Assembly (NCBI GenBank): GCA_964016885.1 | Contig: OZ024758.1 | Coordinates: 35,898,001-35,962,000, forward strand | Reading direction: 5' to 3' | Length of the DNA stretch: 64,000 bases | Source: Eledone cirrhosa | Lineage: Eukaryota | Shown here: piece after piece, positions 55,701-64,000 of the stretch | Position numbering within the stretch: position 1 is the stretch's first letter | How the letters are laid out: each line of letters opens with the position of its first letter | The notes under the pieces: model-generated | Databases searched by the model: none | What the model saw: only the letters and a program-made list of their open reading frames with translations | Told to the model about the DNA's origin: nothing | Translations under genes and position numbers: made by a program

Positions 55701-58700
55701 GTTCATGGTATTAGCTGTCAGAAGTAACTCCACTGTTGGTGAGAATTCATTTAAGTTCATGGTATTAGCTGTCAGAAGTAACTCCACTGTTGGTGAGAAT
55801 TCATTTAAGTTCATGGTATTAGTTGTCAGAAGTAACTCCAATGTTGGTGAGAATTCATTTAAGTTCATGGTACTAGCTGTCAGAAGTAACTCCACTGTTG
55901 GTGAGAATTCATTTAAGTTCATGGTAATAGCTGTCAGAAGTAACTCCACTGTTGGTGAGAATTCATTTAAGTCATGGTATTAGCTGTCATAAGTAACTCC
56001 AATGTTGGTGAGAATTCATTTAAGTCATGTTACTAGCTGTCAGAAGTAACTCCAATGTTGGTGAGAATTCATTTAAGTTCATGGTATTAGCTGTCGGAAG
56101 TAACTCCACTGTTGGTGAGAATTCATTTAAGTTCATGGTATTAGCTGTCAGAAGTAACTCCACTGTTGGTGAGAATTCATTTAAGTCATGGTATTAGCTG
56201 TCAGAAGTAACTCCAATGTTGGTGAGAATTCATTTAAGTTCATGGTATTAGCTGTCAGAAGTCACTCCACTGTTGGTGAGAATTCATTTAGGTTCATGGT
56301 ACTAGCTGTCAGAAGTAACCCCAATGTTGGTGAGAATTCATTTAAGTTCATGGTATTAGCTGTCAGAAGTCACTCCAATGTTGGTGAGAATTCATTTAAG
56401 TTCATGGTATTAGCTGTCAGAAGTAACTCCACTGTTGGTAAGAATTCATTTAAGTTCATGGTATTAGCTGTCAGAAGTAACTCCACTGTTGGTGAGAATT
56501 CATTTAAGTTCATGGTATTAGCTGTCAGAAGGAACGCCACTGTTGGTGAGAATTCATTTAAGTTCATGGTATTAGCTGTCAGAAGTAACTCCACTGTTGG
56601 TGAGAATTCATTTAAGTTCATGCTACTAGCTGTCAGAAGTAACTCCTATGTTGGTGAGAATTCATTTAAGTTCATGGTATTAGCTGTCAGAAGGAACTCC
56701 ACTGTTGCTGAGAATTCATTTAAGTTCATGGTATTAGCTGTCAGAAGTAACTCCACTGTTGGTGAGAATTCATTTAAGTTCATGGTGCTAGCTGTCAGAA
56801 GTAACTCCACTGTTGGTGAGAATTCATTTAAGTTCATGGTATTAGCTGTCAGAAGTAACTCCACTGTTGGTGAGAATTCATTTAAGTTCATGGTATTAGC
56901 TGTCAGAAGTAACTCCACAGTTGGTGAGAATTCATTTAAGTTCATGGTATTAGCTGTCAGAAGTAACTCCACTGTTGGTGAGAATTCATTTAAGTCATGG
57001 TATTAGCTGTCAGAAGTAACTCCACTGTTGGTGAGAATTCATTTAAGTTCATGGTATTAGCTGTCAGAAGTAACTCCACTGTTGGTGAGAATTCATTTAA
57101 GTCATGGTACTGGCTGTCAGAAGTAACTCCAATGTTGGTGAGAATTCATTTAAGTTCATGGTATTAGCTGTCAGAAGTAACTCCACTGTTGGTGAGAATT
57201 CATTTAAGTTCATGGTATTAGCTGTCAGAAGTAACTCCACTGTTGGTGAGAATTCATTTAAGTCATGGTATTAGCTGTCAGAAGTAACTCCAATGTTGGT
57301 GAGAATTCATTTAAGTTCATGGTATTAGCTGTCAGAAGTCACTCCACTGTTGGTGAGAATACATTTAAGTTCATGGTACTAGCTGTCAGAAGTAACCCCA
57401 ATGTTGGTGAGAATTCATTTAAGTTCATGGTATTAGCTGTCAGAAGTAACTCCACTGTTGGTGAGAATTCATTTAAGTCATGGTATTAGTTGTCAGAAGT
57501 AACTCCAATGTTGGTGAGAATTCATTTAAGTTCATGGTACTAGCTGTCAGAAGTAACTCCACTGTTGGTGAGAATTCATTTAAGTTCATGGTATTAGCTG
57601 TCAGAAGTAACTCCACTGTTGGTGAGAATTCATTTAAGTCATGGTACTGGCTGTCAGAAGTAACTCCAATGTTGGTGAGAATTCATTTAAGTTCATGGTA
57701 TTAGCTGTCAGAAGTAACTCCACTGTTGGTGAGAATTCATTTAAGTCCATGGTATTAGCTGACAGAAGTCACTCCACTGTTGGTGAGAATTCATTTAAGT
57801 TCATGGTATTAGCTGTCAGAAGTAACTCCACTGTTGGTGAGAATTCATTTAAGTCCATGGTACTAGCTGTCAGAAGTAACTCCAATGTTGGTGAGAATTC
57901 ATTTAAGTTCATGGTATTAGCTGTCAGAAGTAACTCCACTGTTGGTGAGAATTCATTTAAGTCATGGTATTAGCTGTCAGAAATAACTCCACTGTTGGTG
58001 AGAATTCATTTAAGTTCATGGTATTAGCTGTCAGAAGTAACTCCACTGTTGGTGAGAATTCATTTAAGTCATGGTATTAGCTGTCAGAAGTAACTCCACT
58101 GTTGGTGAGAATTCATTTAAGTTCATGGTATTAGCTGTCAGAAGTAACTCCACTGTTGGTGAGAATTCATTTAAGTTCATGGTATTAGCTGTCAGAAGTA
58201 ACTCCACTGTTGGTGAGAATTCATTTAAGTTCATGGTATTAGTTTGTCAGAAGTAACTCCACTGTTGGTGAGAATTCATTTAAGTCATGGTATTAGTTGT
58301 CAGAAGTAACTCCAATGTTGGTGAGAATTCATTTAAGTTCATGGTAATAGCTGTCAGAAGTAACTCCACTGTTGGTGAGAATTCATTTAAGTTCATGGTA
58401 TTAGCTGTCAGAAGTAACTCCACTGTTGGTGAGAATTCATTTAAGTCATGGTACTGGCTGTCAGAAGTAACTCCAATGTTGGTGAGAATTCATTTAAGTT
58501 CATGGTATTAGCTGTCAGAAGTAACTCCACTGTTGGTGAGAATTCATTTAAGTTCATGGTATTAGCTGACAGAAGTCACTCCACTGTTGGTGAGAATTCA
58601 TTTAAGTTCATGGTACTAGCTGTCAGAAGTAACTCCAATGTTGGTGAGAATTCATTTAAATTCATGGTATTAGCTGTCAGAAGTAACTCCACTGTTGGTG

Positions 58701-61700
58701 AGAATTCATTTAAGTTCATGGTATTAGCTGTCAGAAGTAACTCCACTGTTGGTGAGAATTCATTTAAGTCATGGTATTAGCTGTCAGAAGTAACTCCACT
58801 GTTGGTGAGAATTCATTTAAGTTCATGGTATTAGCTGTCAGAAGTAACTCCACTGTTGGTGAGAATTCATTTAAGTTCATGGTATTAGTTTGTCAGAAGT
58901 AACTCCACTGTTGGTGAGAATTCATTTAAGTCATGGTATTAGTTGTCAGAAGTAACTCCAATGTTGGTGAGAATTCATTTAAGTTCATGGTACTAGCTGT
59001 CAGAAGTAACTCCACTGTTGGTGAGAATTCATTTAAGTCCATGGTACTAGCTGTCAGAAGTAACTCCAATGTTGGTGAGAATTCATTTAAGTTCATGGTA
59101 TTAGCTGTCAGAAGTAACTCCACTGTTGGTGAGAATTCATTTAAGTCATGGTATTAGCTGTCAGAAATAACTCCACTGTTGGTGAGAATTCATTTAAGTT
59201 CATGGTATTAGCTGTCAGAAGTAACTCCACTGTTGGTGAGAATTCATTTAAGTCATGGTATTAGCTGTCAGAAGTAACTCCACTGTTGGTGAGAATTCAT
59301 TTAAGTTCATGGTATTAGCTGTCAGAAGTAACTCCACTGTTGGTGAGAATTCATTTAAGTTCATGGTATTAGCTGTCAGAAGTAACTCCACTGTTGGTGA
59401 GAATTCATTTAAGTTCATGGTATTAGTTTGTCAGAAGTAACTCCACTGTTGGTGAGAATTCATTTAAGTCATGGTATTAGTTGTCAGAAGTAACTCCAAT
59501 GTTGGTGAGAATTCATTTAAGTTCATGGTACTAGCTGTCAGAAGTAACTCCACTGTTGGTGAGAATTCATTTAAGTTCATGGTATTAGCTGTCAGAAGTA
59601 ACTCCACTGTTGGTGAGAATTCATTTAAGTCATGGTACTGGCTGTCAGAAGTAACTCCAATGTTGGTGAGAATTCATTTAAGTTCATGGTATTAGCTGTC
59701 AGAAGTAACTCCACTGTTGGTGAGAATTCATTTAAGTTCATGGTATTAGCTGACAGAAGTCACTCCACTGTTGGTGAGAATTCATTTAAGTTCATGGTAC
59801 TAGCTGTCAGAAGTAACTCCAATGTTGGTGAGAATTCATTTAAATTCATGGTATTAGCTGTCAGAAGTAACTCCACTGTTGGTGAGAATTCATTTAAGTT
59901 CATGGTATTAGCTGTCAGAAGTAACTCCACTGTTGGTGAGAATTCATTTAAGTCATGGTATTAGCTGTCAGAAGTAACTCCACTGTTGGTGAGAATTCAT
60001 TTAAGTTCATGGTATTAGCTGTCAGAAGTAACTCCACTGTTGGTGAGAATTCATTTAAGTTCATGGTATTAGTTTGTCAGAAGTAACTCCACTGTTGGTG
60101 AGAATTCATTTAAGTCATGGTATTAGTTGTCAGAAGTAACTCCAATGTTGGTGAGAATTCATTTAAGTTCATGGTACTAGCTGTCAGAAGTAACTCCACT
60201 GTTGGTGAGAATTCATTTAAGTTCATGGTAATAGCTGTCAGAAGTAACTCCACTGTTGGTGAGAATTCATTTAAGTCATGGTATTAGCTGTCAGAAGTAA
60301 CTCCAATGTTGGTGAGAATTCATTTAAGTCATGGTACTAGCTGTCAGAAGTAACTCCAATGTTGGTGAGAATTCATTTAAGTTCATGGTATTAGCTGTCA
60401 GAAGTAACTCCACTGTTGGTGAGAATTCATTTAAGTTCATGGTATTAGCTGTCAGAAGTAACTCCACTGTTGGTGAGAATTCATTTAAGTCATGGTATTA
60501 GCTGTCAGAAGTAACTCCAATGTTGGTGAGAATTCATTTAAGTTCATGGTATTAGCTGTCAGAAGTCACTCCACTGTTGGTGAGAATTCATTTAAGTTCA
60601 TGGTACTAGCTGTCAGAAGTAACCCCAATGTTGGTGAGAATTCATTTAAGTTCATGGTATTAGCTGTCAGAAGTCACTCCAATGTTGGTGAGAATTCATT
60701 TAAGTTCATGGTATTAGCTGTCAGAAGTAACTCCACTGTTGGTAAGAATTCATTTAAGTTCATGGTATTAGCTGTCAGAAGTAACTCCACTGTTGGTGAG
60801 AATTCATTTAAGTTCATGGTATTAGCTGTCAGAAGGAACGCCACTGTTGGTGAGAATTCATTTAAGTTCATGGTATTAGCTGTCAGAAGTAACTCCACTG
60901 TTGGTGAGAATTCATTTAAGTTCATGCTACTAGCTGTCAGAAGTAACTCCTATGTTGGTGAGAATTCATTTAAGTTCATGGTATTAGCTGTCAGAAGGAA
61001 CTCCACTGTTGCTGAGAATTCATTTAAGTTCATGGTATTAGCTGTCAGAAGTAACTCCACTGTTGGTGAGAATTCATTTAAGTTCATGGTGCTAGCTGTC
61101 AGAAGTAACTCCACTGTTGGTGCGAATTCATTTAAGTTCATGGTATTAGCTGTCAGAAGTAACTCCACTGTTGGTGAGAATTCATTTAAGTTCATGGTAT
61201 TAGCTGACAGAAGTCACTCCACTGTTGGTGAGAATTCATTTAAGTTCATGGTACTAGCTGTCAGAAGTAACTCCAATGTTGGTGAGAATTCATTTAAATT
61301 CATGGTATTAGCTGTCAGAAGTAACTCCACTGTTGGTGAGAATTCATTTAAGTTCATGGTATTAGCTGTCAGAAGTAACTCCACTGTTGGTGAGAATTCA
61401 TTTAAGTTCATGGTATTAGCTGTCAGAAGTAACTCCACTGTTGGTGAGAATTCATTTAAGTTCATGGTACTAGCTGTCAGAAGTAACTCCAATGTTGGTG
61501 ATAATTCATTTAAGTTCATGGTATTAGCTGTCAGAAGTAACTCCACTGTTGGTGAGTATTCATTTAAGTCATGGTATTAGCTGTCAGAAGTAACTCCACT
61601 GTTGGTGAGAATTCATTTAAGTTCATGGTATTAGCTGTCAGAAGTAACTCCACTGTTGGTGAGAATTCATTTAAGTCATGGTATTAGCTGTCAGAAGTAA

Positions 61701-64000
61701 CTCCACTGTTGGTGAGAATTCATTTAAGTTCATGGTATTAGCTGTCAGAAGTAACTCCACTGTTGGTGAGAATTCATTTAAGTTCATGGTATTAGCTGTC
61801 AGAAGTAACTCCACTGTTGGTGAGAATTCATTTAAGTTCATGGTATTAGTTTGTCAGAAGTAACTCCACTGTTGGTGAGAATTCATTTAAGTCATGGTAT
61901 TAGTTGTCAGAAGTAACTCCAATGTTGGTGAGAATTCATTTAAGTTCATGGTACTAGCTGTCAGAAGTAACTCCACTGTTGGTGAGAATTCATTTAAGTT
62001 CATGGTATTAGCTGTCAGAAGTAACTCCACTGTTGGTGAGAATTCATTTAAGTCATGGTACTGGCTGTCAGAAGTAACTCCAATGTTGGTGAGAATTCAT
62101 TTAAGTTCATGGTATTAGCTGTCAGAAGTAACTCCACTGTTGGTGAGAATTCATTTAAGTTCATGGTATTAGCTGTCAGAAGTAACTCCACTGTTGGTGA
62201 GAATTCATTTAAGTCATGGTATTAGCTGTCAGAAGTAACTCCAATGTTGGTGAGAATTCATTTAAGTTCATAGTATTAGCTGTCAGAAGTCACTCCACTG
62301 TTGGTGAGAATTCATTTAAGTCCATGGTACTAGCTGTCAGAAGTAACCCCAATGTTGGTGAGAATTCATTTAAGTTCATGGTACTAGCTGTCAGAAGTCA
62401 CTCCAATGTTGGTGAGAATTCATTTAAGTTCATGGTATTAACTGTCAGAAGTAACTCCACTGTTGGTGAGAATTCATTTAAGTTCATGGTATTAGCTGTC
62501 AGAAGTCACTCCAATGTTGGTGAGAATTCATTTAAGTTCATGGTATTAGCTGTCAGAAGTCACTCCACTGTTGGTGAGAATTCATTTAAGTTCATGGTAC
62601 TAGCTGTCAGAAGTAACCCCAATGTTGGTGAGAATTCATTTAAGTTCATGGTATTAGCTGTCAGAAGTCACTCCAATGTTGGTGAGAATTCATTTAAGTT
62701 CATGGTATTAACTGTCAGAAGTAACTCCACTGTTGGTGAGAATTCATTTAAGTTCATGGTATTAGCTGTCAGAAGTAACTCCACTGTTGGTGAGAATTCA
62801 TTTAAGTTCATGGTATTAGCTGTCAGAAGTAACTCCACTGTTGGTGAGAATTCATTTAAGTCATGGTATTAGCTGTCAGAAGTAACTCCAATGTTGGTGA
62901 GAATTCATTTAAGTTCATGGTATTAGTTGTCAGAAGTCACTCCACTGTTGGTGAGAATTCATTTAAGTTCATGGTACTAGCTGTCAGAAGTAACCCCAAT
63001 GTTGGTGAGAATTCATTTAAGTTCATGGTATTAGCTGTCAGAAGTCACTCCAATGTTGGTGAGAATTCATTTAAGTTCATGGTATTAGCTGTCAGAAGTA
63101 ACTCCACTGTTGGTGAGAATTCATTTAAGTTCATGGTATTAGCTGTCAGAAGTAACTCCACTGTTGGTGAGAATTCATTTAAGTTCATGGTATTAGCTGT
63201 CAGAAGTAACTCCACTGTTGGTGAGAATTCATTTAAGTTCATGGTATTAGCTGTCAGAAGTCACTCCAATGTTGGTGAGAATTCATTTAAGTCATGGTAC
63301 TAGCTGTCAGAAGTAACTCCACTGTTGGTGAGAATTCATTTAAGTTCATTGTATTAGCTGTCAGAAGGAACGCCACTGTTGGTGAGAATTCATTTAAGTT
63401 CATGGTATTAGCTGTCAGAAGTAACTCCACTGTTGGTGAGAATTCATTTAAGTTCATGGTATTAGCTGACAGAAGTCACTCCACTGTTGGTGAGAATTCA
63501 TTTAAGTTCATGGTATTAGCTGTCAGAAGTAACTCCACTGTTGGTGAGAATTCATTTAAGTCCATGGTACTAGCTGTCAGAAGTAACTCCAATGTTGGTG
63601 AGAATTCATTTAAGTTCATGGTATTAGCTGTCAGAAGTAACTCCACTGTTGGTGAGAATTCATTTAAGTCATGGTATTAGCTGTCAGAAATAACTCCACT
63701 GTTGGTGAGAATTCATTTAAGTTCATGGTATTAGCTGTCAGAAGTAACTCCACTGTTGGTGAGAATTCATTTAAGTCATGGTATTAGCTGTCAGAAGTAA
63801 CTCCACTGTTGGTGAGAATTCATTTAAGTTCATGGTATTAGCTGTCAGAAGTAACTCCACTGTTGGTGAGAATTCATTTAAGTTCATGGTATTAGCTGTC
63901 AGAAGTAACTCCACTGTTGGTGAGAATTCATTTAAGTTCATGGTATTAGTTTGTCAGAAGTAACTCCACTGTTGGTGAGAATTCATTTAAGTCATGGTAT
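52800..64000. repeat. Nested duplications with offsets 807, 1077, 1184, 4197 and ~8611-8665
   Basis: ORF pairs 53067/53874 and 53283/54090 (807); 55111/56188 with private GTCATAAG at 54913/55990 (1077); 58071/59255 and 58287/59471 (1184); 53283/57480 and 54251/58448 (4197); 51827/60492 (8665); 53067/61678 (8611). Confidence 0.88.

Larger units (their letters stand above)
1..64000. repeat. 54-bp tandem satellite array, about 1,190 head-to-tail monomers, truncated by both window edges
   Basis: Every line resolves into the unit ATGGTATTAGCTGTCAGAAGTAACTCCACTGTTGGTGAGAATTCATTTAAGTTC (e.g. 61-114). Monomers usually differ from consensus by 0-3 bases. Common variants, numbered from the ATG: T7C, C29A, loss of T52 (53-bp unit), C11T, C11>TT, T21G, A22C. 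No non-repeat sequence or inverted copy was seen. Confidence 0.99.

Noticed and set aside
7-63963. Hundreds of ORFs on both strands as protein-coding genes
   Set aside because: All are translations of the same 54-bp unit. Their ends are set mostly by 1-bp indels that recur every few monomers, many variants are non-synonymous, and there are no unique N- or C-terminal domains or intergenic sequence.
1-64000. CRISPR array or another repeat-spacer system
   Set aside because: There are no unique spacers. The entire 54-bp unit is repeated, and no cas or other genes are present.
1-64000. Giant repetitive protein gene (mucin- or adhesin-like) broken by sequencing errors
   Set aside because: The frameshifting indels are faithfully copied at matching positions in duplicated blocks and are linked to specific SNVs, so they behave as real inherited variants and not random errors.
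1-64000. Strict fixed-period higher-order repeat
   Set aside because: Cassette spacings range from about 1.0 to 11 kb and the blocks are nested and recombined, so no single period tiles the window.
1-64000. Tandem tRNA, 5S or snRNA genes, telomeric repeat, or transposon
   Set aside because: I see no cloverleaf or convincing Pol III A/B boxes, no G-rich telomere motif, and no terminal repeats or transposase/RT sequence. Only weak dyads (GAATTC, CTGNCAG) are present.
1-64000. Assignment to a named satellite family or organism
   Set aside because: I do not reliably recognise the monomer; a database search is required.

Overview
The whole 64 kb window is one uninterrupted head-to-tail tandem array (satellite DNA) of a 54-bp monomer, consensus ATGGTATTAGCTGTCAGAAGTAACTCCACTGTTGGTGAGAATTCATTTAAGTTC (about 37% GC, no CpG, one EcoRI site). 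It holds roughly 1,190 copies (64,000/~53.8), all in the same orientation, and runs off both ends. I see no unique sequence, transposon, RNA gene, CRISPR spacer or credible protein-coding gene. The ORFs in the track arise because 54 is a multiple of 3 and one frame on each strand lacks a stop codon; recurrent 1-bp indels break them. The real information is in the monomer variants. They define ordered marker cassettes, nested block duplications from 270 bp to about 4.6 kb (several near 4.3 kb), and an apparent ~32-35 kb alternation of variant domains. This fits a young, actively amplifying centromeric or heterochromatic satellite of a eukaryote, although that is inference. I cannot identify the organism or satellite family from the sequence alone, and all offsets were derived by eye from the ORF track and marker variants, not from an alignment.
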